64,000 nucleotides of DNA from a virus, in IMG/VR virus record IMGVR_UViG_3300037277_000110, positions 1 to 64,000 of that record; one strand, 5' to 3'. Under the pieces are notes generated by a model. The model ran no database searches. It was not told where the DNA came from and saw nothing but the letters and a program-made list of their open reading frames with translations. Below, one piece after another: positions 38,610 through 48,780 of this stretch (position 1 is the stretch's first letter; each line of letters starts with the position of its first letter). The translations under genes were made by a program, and so were the position numbers.

Positions 38610-39503
38610 TTATTGGTCTTGATTGTTAGTTTGAGCATCTAATCTGGCTTTAGCAATTTTCTGTTCTTCACCTGATAGATCATTGATATTTACTGTTTCA
38701 GTTCCATATTGTGCTTTTATGTCACTAGGAGCCCCATTAACCCCGATCCATTTCCGATATTCTCCTTCGTGAATTTGACGTTTAGAACCATCGTCATATT
38801 CCATATAAAAATTCATTGGATTTTTTTGCTTATCTGTCCATACAACCTTACCATCATTATTTGTAGTTGTTCCTTTATTTTCTTCACGATATATTCTTGA
38901 TACAGTCCTGGTATATTGTTGTGGTTTTTTATCTTGACTCTGTAAATCGGTGTCACTTTCTACATAAGGATCTTCTTGAGTAGGATCATAATTAACAGTA
39001 CGTGAATAGTTAAGCTCAGTCTTACCGGTAACCGAATTGTCTTTTTTAGACTGCCACGAAACAGGATTCAGAGCTACTGCGTGCCTAGCTCCAACTTTCC
39101 ATGTTTCAGGTTTAGTAGCATCTTCATTAGCCCCGAATAATTTTAAGTCTTTACCGTAATTTTTCTTTAAATAAACATATTTATCATAGTCTTCACCTAA
39201 AATTGCTTTTTGTTCATCAACACCTAATGATTTATCAAAATTTCTACCACCTTGCTTTTTTATATAATTTTCAGAACCGGATATTCTTGTATTAGGAGCC
39301 AGAGGTTTTTGAGGATTATAGCCATACTCTTTAACTAATTTATCGTAATTTTCAGGATCTTTTTTTCTTAGTTCCTCATTTAATTTTTGAGTATAGTAAT
39401 ATAATTCAGATTGTTCATTAAGAGTTTGTTTTATAGTTTTACCCTTATATTTTTTATTCTGACTTTCTAATCCTTTTACAAATTCTTCGTGTGTATTAGG
39501 CAT
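38610..39503 (-). CDS. Hypothetical protein (possible virion component)
   Basis: 297 aa hydrophilic, between portal and scaffold. Confidence 0.6.
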   Translation of the reverse strand: MPNTHEEFVKGLESQNKKYKGKTIKQTLNEQSELYYYTQKLNEELRKKDPENYDKLVKEYGYNPQKPLAPNTRISGSENYIKKQGGRNFDKSLGVDEQKAILGEDYDKYVYLKKNYGKDLKLFGANEDATKPETWKVGARHAVALNPVSWQSKKDNSVTGKTELNYSRTVNYDPTQEDPYVESDTDLQSQDKKPQQYTRTVSRIYREENKGTTTNNDGKVVWTDKQKNPMNFYMEYDDGSKRQIHEGEYRKWIGVNGAPSDIKAQYGTETVNINDLSGEEQKIAKARLDAQTNNQDQ

Positions 39504-41859
39504 TTTGATTAATTTGAGGGTTTTGTTGTGGTTGTTGCTGTTGTGCTTGCGATTGATGATCTATAATTCCATGATCACCATTATATTTAGCTTCCATCTG
39601 CTGCATTTCAGATGAATGTTTCCATGAGGCTTCATCCATATTATTCTGATGGCGTTGACGTTCTTTATCCATTTCAGCTTTTTGCTTCTGTTGTTCTATC
39701 TTCTGAAGACCTTCATTCTGCATCTGGATAGCTTTTTCTTTTTCAGCCTGTTCTTGCTCCATTTTCTTCCTGATAGCATTAGAAAGATATAGTCTTATAT
39801 CCTTTAAATTAGCCCCACTTATAACCTTTTCAGTAATATACAGATATACATCTAAAGTTATCCCAGGTTTACCATTACGTCCATCTTCCATAGCTATTTC
39901 AGCAGCTCTCATAATATTCTGAATATCCTGAGTTGTCGGACGTGGCATTAATGATATTCCAAGTTCGGTCAAATCATAATCGTTTTCTTTTAAAGCCTGA
40001 ACATCATTCTGCCCAATTATCCGAGCATACATTTTATAGCATTCATTATCTGTCTGAACTTTTAATCTTACTCCTTCAGCTATAAATTCAGCACTATTTT
40101 TCTTAACCTTAAATATAGAGTCAATCATCGGCTTTAGAACTTTTGTAGTCCCTTGCAATGCCATTTCAGTAGTTGCTTTTCCAGAGTTATTGTCTGGTTG
40201 AGCCCCTATAGCTACTGGATTTATACCAGTTATCATTTCAACCATATTAAGTGAATTCTGGAATAGAGTAATACAGTTATTGATAGAATTGATCAACTCT
40301 GAAGGAATTCTTTGAATTGGACTTACATTACCTCCTGGATATTTCCCGTTCATGGGAAGACTCCTGTATGGCAACATTCGGGTTTTTTTCATCAGACCAA
40401 TCAAATCCAAAATATCATAAGCCTTACCCTTAATCTTAACCCGATCAAATACAGTCTGATCAAGTAAGGTAACCCCATCAAATTCATCAGCTAGGTACTG
40501 TTGAAGTTTCAACCATGCTAACTGAAAATTATCGTAAATAGGTATTAATCTTCTAGTTATAGATTCTTCAGATCCTTTATAAAGGTGAAATGACATTAAA
40601 GGAGTCTTATTATACCTACTTCTTGTCTGAGCTACACTTAACCTATGGTCAAAGATCATTTGGGTTCCTACAATCCATTTAGCTTCATATTTCCTGCGAA
40701 TAGTAGTTGTCCGAGTCTTATTATTGGCTGAATTTCTTTGTTTACCAAACTCTTGATCATAAAGAGTTCTTATACCTCTTTTACTTACATTTTCTGTTTT
40801 ATATTCAAGGTCAGAATCAATCCATTCAACATCCAATAAAGCACATTTATAGAAGTCATACACCCATTCACCATAAACATCCTGCTTATTATATTTATTC
40901 CAATCATCAATAATCGGATTACCGTTTATCCCTGACCAGTTCATAGCTATATGCTTTATGTCTTCTTCTTTATACCCTCGTTCTTCCAATTTCCTACGTA
41001 TCGAGGATATAGTCACAACATCAATATATCCAAAATATGAAGAGTCACTAAAATCTCTTTCATCTGAATATTGAGCAATCACTCTTGTTATATCGATATA
41101 TTTTGATTTCCATTTACATTCTGTTTCGTCATAATAATCTCTTACGCCACATGAATTAAAGTCAATTATATCTTCGATAAGTCTTCGTTTTATTTCATAC
41201 CAGTCTGATATTTCATAAGTATGTTTACAAACTTTTTCAATGGCTTTAGAGATTCCGGTTTTAAATTCACCTATTTGTTCCATGAGTTCAAGTTCATCCA
41301 AATCCCTTGGATACATTGTCGGATTTTCAGTAGGTATTCCCGCTTTTTGCTTTACCTCATTTAAAAACTGCATATTCTGAGCTTCAGCAAATAACTCAGA
41401 CTTCTTTTTTTCTTGATCAGATGTACTGTGAGGGTCTATCGTGTCAGCAATAACTTCATAATCTGTTTCTTCAAATACCCCAAATATAGCCGTTTTAACA
41501 CGTACAGCCAAGCCAACTATGTCCCATAATATATTACCATAACCTTTTCTTCTTGTCTTAATATTCGTCCATGAACCATCAAAATCAGTAACAACATCAT
41601 GAGGCTTACCGGTTTCTTCTTTACCCATTAACTGATCCATGTACTTATGTTCCGATTGTTTACCATTACTGTATCTACGAATTTCATCATAAATACTAAT
41701 AAATGAAAATGGGAATCCACATTTATCTCTTATGTAGGTTGAGTAAATAGATTCACACATCTTAATACCATATCCGGGTTGTAACTTTTTTTGTGGATCT
41801 ATATTTCGACTTGGAAACAGAAACTCATCTGTTTTGTATTGTCCGTTAATGTCAGCCAT
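39496..41859 (-). CDS. Portal protein
   Basis: RRYSNGKQS..KY, YEAKWIVGT, ITGIN, Q-rich coiled-coil C-terminus; ATG 41859 preferred because a promoter overlaps 41880. Confidence 0.88.
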   Translation of the reverse strand: MADINGQYKTDEFLFPSRNIDPQKKLQPGYGIKMCESIYSTYIRDKCGFPFSFISIYDEIRRYSNGKQSEHKYMDQLMGKEETGKPHDVVTDFDGSWTNIKTRRKGYGNILWDIVGLAVRVKTAIFGVFEETDYEVIADTIDPHSTSDQEKKKSELFAEAQNMQFLNEVKQKAGIPTENPTMYPRDLDELELMEQIGEFKTGISKAIEKVCKHTYEISDWYEIKRRLIEDIIDFNSCGVRDYYDETECKWKSKYIDITRVIAQYSDERDFSDSSYFGYIDVVTISSIRRKLEERGYKEEDIKHIAMNWSGINGNPIIDDWNKYNKQDVYGEWVYDFYKCALLDVEWIDSDLEYKTENVSKRGIRTLYDQEFGKQRNSANNKTRTTTIRRKYEAKWIVGTQMIFDHRLSVAQTRSRYNKTPLMSFHLYKGSEESITRRLIPIYDNFQLAWLKLQQYLADEFDGVTLLDQTVFDRVKIKGKAYDILDLIGLMKKTRMLPYRSLPMNGKYPGGNVSPIQRIPSELINSINNCITLFQNSLNMVEMITGINPVAIGAQPDNNSGKATTEMALQGTTKVLKPMIDSIFKVKKNSAEFIAEGVRLKVQTDNECYKMYARIIGQNDVQALKENDYDLTELGISLMPRPTTQDIQNIMRAAEIAMEDGRNGKPGITLDVYLYITEKVISGANLKDIRLYLSNAIRKKMEQEQAEKEKAIQMQNEGLQKIEQQKQKAEMDKERQRHQNNMDEASWKHSSEMQQMEAKYNGDHGIIDHQSQAQQQQPQQNPQINQNA

Positions 41860-41877
41860 TAAATAATGTTTTATTGG

Positions 41878-41915
41878 CAAATTTAAATAAAAAAGAAAAG
41901 CATGTTTTTTAACAT
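41878..41915 (-). promoter_or_regulatory. Late promoter TAAATTTG plus ATGTT-N4-AACAT operator
   Basis: 16-nt gap. Confidence 0.7.
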
Positions 41916-42021
41916 ATTGAATACAGTTGTATTATTAAAATAGATGATGTTACTTTGACATTAAATAAATCTCACATAGGAAAAAAGTACTTGTGAGTAG
42001 TAATAACTAAAACTTATAAAA

Positions 42022-44133
42022 ATGATTGAATTCACAAAAGTAATTCAGGCACAATTTGATAAAATGTGCAGATCTGGCAAGTTGTTCAGAAGTTTTTTAA
42101 CTGGACAACAAGTTTGGGACATCTATATTAATGGATTTGAGAAAAAACATAATCCAATATTCAGAGACCCAGAAAGCTCTATGCACAATTGTAATTTGTG
42201 CAAAAATTTCATTCGTAGATATGGGAATATTGTATCTATTGATGAAGTATATAACATTATTACAATGTTTGATGTAATCGCACCAGAAGAATTTATTACA
42301 GTAGTAAAATCTATTTCAGATTCACTTAAAAAAGCAAAAGTCTCAGAAGTTTTTTTAGAAACATTAAATGAGTTAAATTCTTTACCTTACGAAAGTTGTA
42401 ATAAGAACAATGCTTTATTTAAATTAGGTATTGATAAGAATGTGAAAAGATACACCAAAGAAGAAGCTGAAAAATATGGAGTAGTTAAACCGGAAGAAAT
42501 AAAAACATTCAACCATTTACATTTAAAATTACCAAAGCAATTTGTAGATATGGGAAGTAAATCAATTGAAGCTATAATGGCTGATTACAGAGATGCTAAA
42601 AATGTATTTCAAAGAGCTATGGTAGAAATACCTTTAGATACGCTTAATTTGGTTAAAGACCTTATTAACCAAGGAAGTTTACTGGATGGACAAACTCATT
42701 TATATAAAATTGAGCAGTTTATTCCTTTAAAAAAACAGTACGATGAAACCGAAAATAGCAAAAAAGATAATTGGTGCTGGGTGAATTCGTATAAGCTACA
42801 ATTTGCCAAGTTTAAAAATGAGCTTATTGGTGTATTGTGTACTGAACTTGCAGAAGGAAAGGAGTTAAACGAGGCTTGTCAAGCATGGAATAAAAGGGTT
42901 GATCCTGCTAATTACATGAAGGCTTCTGCTCCAATAACTAAAAAACAAATTGAAGAAGCCCGTAAATTCGTTGAGGAAAATGGATATTCAGAATCTTTTG
43001 ACCGTAGATTTGCTAATATTGACGATATTAAAGCATCTGAGATAAAACATATCAATGTTGGCGATGGTAATTTAAAAAATGTTTCTATTTTCGATAATGT
43101 TAAATCAACTTCTACAAGACATAAAAGAAGCGAATTTGATGGAGTAGAAGAAGTACATATTGATAAATTTATGCAAGATATTTTACCAACCTGTACTTCA
43201 GTAGAGGTTTTTTTATCTAATAAACATGATGGCAATATGGTTTCTATTACTAATTCAAATATTAAAGAAAGCAAACCAATATTTAAATGGACAAACAATT
43301 ATTCTTGGACCTTCAATGGAAACTTAGCTGGAAAATCAATGATAAAAGAAGCTGTTAAAACTGCCGGAGGTAAAATTGATGGAATACTAAGATTTAGTAT
43401 TATGTGGGCAGGAGATAATATAGATGATTCTGATTTAGATGCACATTGTATTGAACCTGATAGAAATGAAATATATTTCTCTAACAAATTAAGTTATATA
43501 ACTAAAGGACACCTTGATATTGATATAATAAGACCATCACAACAAATGCCAAAAGGAGCTGTAGAAAACATTACATATCCTTCATTAAACAATATGATAG
43601 AAGGTACTTATAAATTATTTATTCGTCAATACAATGGAAGAAACTCTAAAGGGTTTAAAGCTGAAATAGAATTTAATGGAGAGTTATATTCTTATGAGTA
43701 TAATCAAGCTGTTCACGGAGACATACAAATAGCTGAAGTAACTCTTAATCGTGGAGAATTTATTATTAATCATTTATTACCTGAAAATTCATCTTCTAAA
43801 GAACTTTACGGATTACAAACTAATGAATTCCATAAAGTAAACTTAATTTGTCTAAGTCCTAATCACTGGGATGAAAACAATGTTGGAAATAAGTATTTTT
43901 TCTTTATGCTTCAAGGATGCAAAAACAAAACAAGTATTCGTAGTTTTCATAATGAAAATTTAATATCTGAATTAGCGCAACACAGGAAAGTACTTGAAGT
44001 TTTAGGAACTACCAATATGATTGAACCTGCCGAAAAGCAATTATCTGGGCTAGGCTTCAATGCAACCGTAAAAGATGAGCTAATAGTTAAATTAACTGGA
44101 AGCCACAAAAGAGTAATAAAAATAAAATTTTAA
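42022..44133 (+). CDS. Conserved phage protein with CxxC and YfaP/DUF2135-like domain
   Basis: HNCNLCKNF; DLDAHCIEP..EIYF, LDID, AVENI. Confidence 0.7.
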   Translation: MIEFTKVIQAQFDKMCRSGKLFRSFLTGQQVWDIYINGFEKKHNPIFRDPESSMHNCNLCKNFIRRYGNIVSIDEVYNIITMFDVIAPEEFITVVKSISDSLKKAKVSEVFLETLNELNSLPYESCNKNNALFKLGIDKNVKRYTKEEAEKYGVVKPEEIKTFNHLHLKLPKQFVDMGSKSIEAIMADYRDAKNVFQRAMVEIPLDTLNLVKDLINQGSLLDGQTHLYKIEQFIPLKKQYDETENSKKDNWCWVNSYKLQFAKFKNELIGVLCTELAEGKELNEACQAWNKRVDPANYMKASAPITKKQIEEARKFVEENGYSESFDRRFANIDDIKASEIKHINVGDGNLKNVSIFDNVKSTSTRHKRSEFDGVEEVHIDKFMQDILPTCTSVEVFLSNKHDGNMVSITNSNIKESKPIFKWTNNYSWTFNGNLAGKSMIKEAVKTAGGKIDGILRFSIMWAGDNIDDSDLDAHCIEPDRNEIYFSNKLSYITKGHLDIDIIRPSQQMPKGAVENITYPSLNNMIEGTYKLFIRQYNGRNSKGFKAEIEFNGELYSYEYNQAVHGDIQIAEVTLNRGEFIINHLLPENSSSKELYGLQTNEFHKVNLICLSPNHWDENNVGNKYFFFMLQGCKNKTSIRSFHNENLISELAQHRKVLEVLGTTNMIEPAEKQLSGLGFNATVKDELIVKLTGSHKRVIKIKF

Positions 44134-44151
44134 CAATTTAAATTCAAAATT

Positions 44152-44523
44152 ATGTATAAACAAACAAGTCAATTAAAATTAAGGTTTATAACTAACGTAG
44201 GTTTGTTATCTTCCGAACAACTTTGGGATTTAACCCAAAATCAATTATCTAATGCTATTAAAGCAGTTAAAAAAGTATTGAAAAAAAATGATGATGATGA
44301 ATTGTCATTTCTTGAAGATACTAAAGAAGTTGATGTCGAAAATCAGCTTAGGTTTGATATTTTAAAAGATGTTTATCTTACTAAGAAAAAAGAAGCCGAT
44401 GAAATTAGGAATGCTGCTGATGTTAAGGCTAATAATCAAAAAATAGACTCTTTAATTGCTGAAAAACAAGAAGGTAAATTACGGGAAATGTCCATTGAGG
44501 ATTTAGAAAAACTTCGTAAATAA
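44152..44523 (+). CDS. Conserved partner protein (KLRF...LSSEQLWDL)
   Basis: Operonic with 703-aa gene. Confidence 0.7.
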   Translation: MYKQTSQLKLRFITNVGLLSSEQLWDLTQNQLSNAIKAVKKVLKKNDDDELSFLEDTKEVDVENQLRFDILKDVYLTKKKEADEIRNAADVKANNQKIDSLIAEKQEGKLREMSIEDLEKLRK

Positions 44524-44530
44524 AGTCAAT

Positions 44531-44559
44531 AAAAAAGGGAGCATATACTCCCTTTTTTA
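44531..44559. terminator. Bidirectional intrinsic terminator
   Basis: A6-GGGAG-N6-CTCCC-T7 between convergent genes. Confidence 0.85.
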
Positions 44560-44561
44560 TT

Positions 44562-46892
44562 TTATCCATCGGCTAAAGAAGCCCACCAACCGAAGTCAAC
44601 ATCGTGATCTTCCATTGCCTCCAATATCTCTTTATGCCTTGATTTAGATCCTAAAAAACAACACCCGGCAGCAGCAGCCAAGTCACATTTATTCAAATCT
44701 TCAAACGATTTAAGTTTCTTCCACTCTTCAAGTAGATCGGAATGACATTCTTTATGGCTCCGATATTCAATGTAATTACGGGTTAAGTCAAATATGTCAT
44801 TCTTGCTATCGGTCAAATTATATACACCCGGTTTAAGCTTTAATTTTTTAGCTACTTCATCATATTCATATAAGAGATAACCTCCATATCCCTGTTCCTC
44901 AAAATATTCCCAAAGTGCCTCTACGTTTATTTCAGGAAATATCATGGCTCCATAATATCTACATGCCAGTAAACAATCTCTACAAAACTCTTTGGATGTA
45001 GCTGGCCGATGTCGATACGTACAAACAAACTGATACGATTGCCAGTCAAACATATTGTCCTTTGGGTCAAGTACTTTGTCCCTCTCCCAAAACACAGCAA
45101 ATCCTCCATCGGACATGTACGATCCGGTAGTTTCTAAAAGAGCTTTATTACCATTATATTTAAATGGGTCACCTCCGGCAGTGAACTTGCCAGGATACAT
45201 TGGCATCCATTTTTCTCTCTCAGTAAAGTTTATAGAATCATAATCGTATGTTTTTTTCTTCAGATCAATCTCGCCCGGATTTAATTGTTTACTAACCTTA
45301 AATCTTCCATTTTCAGGATCAACCCTAAAATGTACCTTATTATGTATTTCAACAAAATTACCAATTACACATACCTCATTACGTCTTAATTCAGCCAGAC
45401 GTTTGTCAATCTTTTCAACATCAAAACCGACATCCCCAGAGGACATTTTAAAGCATTCCTCTAATTTAAATGGAAATTTAGCCACAAGCTCCCGATACCT
45501 TTTCATATCCTGTGGAGTTCCACCTTTTAAGTAAAGATCCCTTTGAGATTGTAAATGCATTCTGGAACCATAAGGTCGGTTAAACCCATTAAATATTTGT
45601 TGAGCTGTTGGTTTTTCCATGATAGGCATTCCAAACTTATCGGTAAATTCTTCCAGATTTTCATAAGCCGCAAAAAAAAGTGGAAATAACCCTGACTTAG
45701 TTTGTCCAGTAGTTGAGTTACGTTGATAAAAATTAGAGTCTTTTATTAAAGATTGATATTTTAATCCACCCATAGCAACCATATCTTCTACAGTTGAAGG
45801 ATGTATTGAGTATCCACGTATACTAGCACCTTCTCCAATAGACATAGTCTGTTTTAACATAGACCATCTCTCTGAAACATCACATTCTATAGTCTTTCCA
45901 GATTCGTCTACCAATGCAAAGTCAATAGTATCACCATCATACTCAGAACCACGTGCCGAAGTTGCAAAATCTATCCTACTCCTCAACTCATCACCAATAA
46001 CTATATTTTTAGACCTATTAAACTTTATGACTGTTTCTTGATTGTATAACCCTTCAAATGTTGGCTTGAAAAAGAATGGCATCTTTTCCCAAGATTGTAC
46101 CAATATACCATTAAATAATTTGTAAGCATTTGGATTGTTTTGCGATAATATAGCTCCATGTTTACCATCCCGTTCGGTAACCACACAATACATGCAACAC
46201 TCCGACATATTTGTAGTCCCACCACGTCTATTTTTAGGCTGTACAATACCGTAAGATACCCGGTAAGGTAAATCGACCATTTCATAATTACCATCATTAT
46301 TCGGGATAGCAAACCCAGTTTTATCATCTATGTTTTTAAACGTTTCCTGGCAAGTATATCCGTAATACCAGAATAAAAAGTTTTTTCGATCACGATCACG
46401 ATATTCTGCATATTTACCTTTATACTTTGAGCTATACCACCAATTTAAATAAGTAAAATGCCAACCACATATGTAAGTTGGCTTGCCATTAGAGAAAAAC
46501 CAGTACCCGTAAATCCTATGATACCATTGTTTTTTTATAAAATCAATTTCAACCCTATAATGGTCCTTATTTTCATTTAATCTTTCCCATATTTCATCAA
46601 TAATTTTCTGTCCGTTAACCTTGTCACTTGCCCTTTCCTTGCTTTTTAAATCATATTCAACATTTTCCTGAAGTGAAATTAATGATTCAGGCATTTTTTG
46701 TCTACGGAAATATTGTTCTTCTGGAAGTAATCCATAACCATCAATAAATTCTAATTTTGGTGGAGTTGGTAGGGATATTCTAATAGGTGTTAAATCCGGA
46801 TCAGGATCGGTTCCTTCTGGATGACCTTGATTTATTACAAATGAAAGATCAGCAGGTAGGTATCTACTTACTATATTTTGGTCAACTTTCAT
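44562..46892 (-). CDS. terL: Terminase large subunit
   Basis: Walker A-like PKNRRGGTT, Walker B ALVDESGK, coupling HPST, nuclease GGDPF, PEIN, D.AAAAG. Confidence 0.92.
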   Translation of the reverse strand: MKVDQNIVSRYLPADLSFVINQGHPEGTDPDPDLTPIRISLPTPPKLEFIDGYGLLPEEQYFRRQKMPESLISLQENVEYDLKSKERASDKVNGQKIIDEIWERLNENKDHYRVEIDFIKKQWYHRIYGYWFFSNGKPTYICGWHFTYLNWWYSSKYKGKYAEYRDRDRKNFLFWYYGYTCQETFKNIDDKTGFAIPNNDGNYEMVDLPYRVSYGIVQPKNRRGGTTNMSECCMYCVVTERDGKHGAILSQNNPNAYKLFNGILVQSWEKMPFFFKPTFEGLYNQETVIKFNRSKNIVIGDELRSRIDFATSARGSEYDGDTIDFALVDESGKTIECDVSERWSMLKQTMSIGEGASIRGYSIHPSTVEDMVAMGGLKYQSLIKDSNFYQRNSTTGQTKSGLFPLFFAAYENLEEFTDKFGMPIMEKPTAQQIFNGFNRPYGSRMHLQSQRDLYLKGGTPQDMKRYRELVAKFPFKLEECFKMSSGDVGFDVEKIDKRLAELRRNEVCVIGNFVEIHNKVHFRVDPENGRFKVSKQLNPGEIDLKKKTYDYDSINFTEREKWMPMYPGKFTAGGDPFKYNGNKALLETTGSYMSDGGFAVFWERDKVLDPKDNMFDWQSYQFVCTYRHRPATSKEFCRDCLLACRYYGAMIFPEINVEALWEYFEEQGYGGYLLYEYDEVAKKLKLKPGVYNLTDSKNDIFDLTRNYIEYRSHKECHSDLLEEWKKLKSFEDLNKCDLAAAAGCCFLGSKSRHKEILEAMEDHDVDFGWWASLADG

Positions 46893-47560
46893 CGACTAGC
46901 CTTAAATTTTAAAGGTTCTGGATCGTAATTCCCATAAGGGTTACCGATTATTTCTTTTAACTTCTCAGGATCGTCCCTTACAGCAGCAATATCTTCTGGT
47001 CGACATTTAATACGTTCTTTTTCGATACCTTTATAAAGGGCCATACGCATATTAATAACCTCATGACCTCCAAATATAGCATCGGTTAATTCGGTAATCT
47101 CCGATTGAAGCTTTTTGATGTTATTAATAGTATCCTTGTAATCTTTTGAAGTGCTTATTTTGGCAGCATTTTTATACTCTGAAGCAAATATATTCCAATA
47201 CATATTTAATGAAATATACTCAGGAGATCCAAAACTACGTATGTATACCGATACGGCATCATTAAATATCTCGTTTTCTCCAACCATCAAATCTTCATAC
47301 TTTTTTAAGAAAGTACCGTCTGAATTGGTCTTAAATTCAGCCAGTTTTGCAGCTTCAGTTTTCCGACTTATAAGCTCAGGGTATCTTATGCGTAAAGGAG
47401 TATTTAGATCGTAGAAAAGTATCAGGTAACTAATAGCTTGCTTCTTACTGACTCCAAATTCCTTGTTGAATTCCTCGTATTCTTCTTCCAATAACGAAAC
47501 CGTTTCAGAATCAAATGGATTGAACCTGAATAGCTTTACATCAATATTTTCTTTATTCAT
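46889..47560 (-). CDS. Putative terminase small subunit
   Basis: Directly upstream of and overlapping terL; helical, 223 aa. Confidence 0.5.
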   Translation of the reverse strand: MNKENIDVKLFRFNPFDSETVSLLEEEYEEFNKEFGVSKKQAISYLILFYDLNTPLRIRYPELISRKTEAAKLAEFKTNSDGTFLKKYEDLMVGENEIFNDAVSVYIRSFGSPEYISLNMYWNIFASEYKNAAKISTSKDYKDTINNIKKLQSEITELTDAIFGGHEVINMRMALYKGIEKERIKCRPEDIAAVRDDPEKLKEIIGNPYGNYDPEPLKFKASR

Positions 47561-47586
47561 TTTATTAGTTTCCCGTTAAAAAAATG

Positions 47587-47608
47587 AAGGGGGACTTAAC
47601 CCCCTTTT
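47587..47608 (-). terminator. Hairpin/terminator
   Basis: AAGGGGG-N6-CCCCCTT. Confidence 0.6.
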
Positions 47609-47611
47609 CGA

Positions 47612-48070
47612 TTAGCTTGGGCTCAAAGAAGCTGATCTTGAACTTGCACGGCTAATATCTTCAATAGTATGTGTCGTTAAAACACGGATATGAGGTCTGT
47701 TAGAACCTCTATCCAACCAGATATAACTATACCCGGAAATACCATTAACAGTTGTGTTTCTACCCTTAACTAAATGTTCAACGTTAATTCTCCGAATACC
47801 TGTCCGGGTCTTACGATCCCATTCAATGTATTGAATATTAATCCACTGTTCATTTGCCACCTCTCGAATCCTGGCATGAAACTGAGCCTTGGTTAGCGAG
47901 GTAGTGTACCTAATATCCTTGTACCGTTGACCATCAGTATCCGAATAATAAAATACAGTTTGATTAGAAGAGTTTTGATAGAAGTCATGCACCTTATTGG
48001 AGCATAATAGTAAGTTATAGCTTACTGTGTCACCGCCCAATTTTACAATGGGAACAATTACTAAACTCAT
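47612..48070 (-). CDS. Hypothetical late protein (two similar beta-rich halves)
   Basis: ORF track; own promoter TAAATTTG 48097-104 with operator 48105-118. Confidence 0.6.
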   Translation of the reverse strand: MSLVIVPIVKLGGDTVSYNLLLCSNKVHDFYQNSSNQTVFYYSDTDGQRYKDIRYTTSLTKAQFHARIREVANEQWINIQYIEWDRKTRTGIRRINVEHLVKGRNTTVNGISGYSYIWLDRGSNRPHIRVLTTHTIEDISRASSRSASLSPS

Positions 48071-48142
48071 AGCATATATTTTTTAAAGTTATGCTACAAA
48101 TTTAATGTTTTATAACATATAGTTTTTTTAATATATTTTTAG

Positions 48143-48150
48143 TATGTTTG
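48143..48150 (+). promoter_or_regulatory. Sigma-A -7 element TATGTTTG of the tRNA operon
   Basis: Consensus match 4 nt before leader ATG (likely near-leaderless transcript). Confidence 0.75.
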
Positions 48151-48154
48151 CCTT

Positions 48155-48235
48155 ATGAAAACACAAACACTATATTGTCTCTATTTATCGTTGTCAAGTT
48201 ACTTTAGTTTCTTGAAGAGGCAATATTATGTTTAA
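48155..48235 (+). CDS. Attenuator leader peptide MKTQTLYCLYLSLSSYFSFLKRQYYV
   Basis: Manual translation; codons 6-20 all Leu/Tyr/Cys/Ser/Phe, the amino acids of the downstream tRNAs. Confidence 0.8.
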   Translation: MKTQTLYCLYLSLSSYFSFLKRQYYV

Positions 48236-48273
48236 TTACATAAGACTAAACTATAAAGCCTCTTGAAGAAATT
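48206..48273 (+). promoter_or_regulatory. Antiterminator helix
   Basis: AGTTTCTTGAAGAGGC (48206-21) pairs with GCCTCTTGAAGAAATT (48258-73), 15/16 including one G-U. Confidence 0.75.
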
Positions 48274-48291
48274 TGAGAGGCTTTTTTATTT
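48255..48291 (+). terminator. Conditional intrinsic terminator before first tRNA
   Basis: 13-bp stem AAAGCCTCTTGAA/TTTGAGAGGCTTT, GAAA loop, U-tract. Confidence 0.85.
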
Positions 48292-48293
48292 AT

Positions 48294-48373
48294 GTTCCCT
48301 TGGTGTAATTGGCAGCCACGGTAGGTTTAAGCCCTACTCCTTCGGGGTGAAAGTTCGAGTCTTTCAGGGAATA
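48294..48373 (+). tRNA. tRNA-Leu(TAA)
   Basis: Cloverleaf; anticodon arm GTAGG-TTTAAGC-CCTAC; short variable hairpin; TTCGAGT loop. Confidence 0.9.
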
Positions 48374-48379
48374 CTAAAT

Positions 48380-48452
48380 GCTTGAGTAGAGAATTGGTAT
48401 ATCGGTCTGACTTAGGATCAGACGCTTGTGGATTCGAATTCCACCTCAAGCA
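48380..48452 (+). tRNA. tRNA-Leu(TAG), short variable loop
   Basis: GCTTGAG/CTCAAGC acceptor; TCTGA-CTTAGGA-TCAGA. Confidence 0.9.
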
Positions 48453-48459
48453 CTAAAAT

Positions 48460-48532
48460 GGAGGTCAAGCTAATCTGGTGAAAGCACGGGTCTGAAAAAC
48501 CTGAGAGTTTGGATCGAAACCAAAGGTCTCCA
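48460..48532 (+). tRNA. tRNA-Phe(GAA)
   Basis: CGGGT-CTGAAAA-ACCTG; T-loop ATCGAAA. Confidence 0.85.
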
Positions 48533-48541
48533 CAAATATTT

Positions 48542-48625
48542 GGAAGGTTTGCTAGCGGCCTAGCAATCGGTCCTGAAAACCGAGATACAAGGTAACACTT
48601 GGGGAATCGACATCTCAACCTTCCG
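48542..48625 (+). tRNA. tRNA-Ser(TGA), atypical
   Basis: GGAAGGT/ACCTTCC-G; TCGGT-CCTGAAA-ACCGA; long variable arm. Confidence 0.8.
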
Positions 48626-48631
48626 CGATAT

Positions 48632-48702
48632 GGGATAAATACCAGGGCAGTAAGGACGGTCTGTAAAACCGAACCATGAACTTTCGAGTAGTTCTTATCC
48701 CA
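48632..48702 (+). tRNA. tRNA-Tyr(GTA), short variable loop
   Basis: GGGATAA/TTATCCC-A; CGGT-CTGTAAA-ACCG; GAACT-TTCGAGT-AGTTC. Confidence 0.8.
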
Positions 48703-48707
48703 CTAAT

Positions 48708-48776
48708 GTCTGGTTACACGGTACAAAGACAGTCCGCAAAACTGATTCCAGAGTGGTTCAACTCCACTACCAGACT
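48708..48776 (+). tRNA. tRNA-Cys(GCA), atypical D-arm
   Basis: GTCTGGT/ACCAGAC with U73; CAGT-CCGCAAA-ACTG. Confidence 0.8.
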
Positions 48777-48780
48777 CTAT

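Noticed and set aside
44562-46892. Intron or intein in terminase
   Set aside because: Continuous ORF of typical length with no intein termini or homing-nuclease motifs seen
48418-48618. 66-aa minus-strand ORF
   Set aside because: Antisense to tRNA genes
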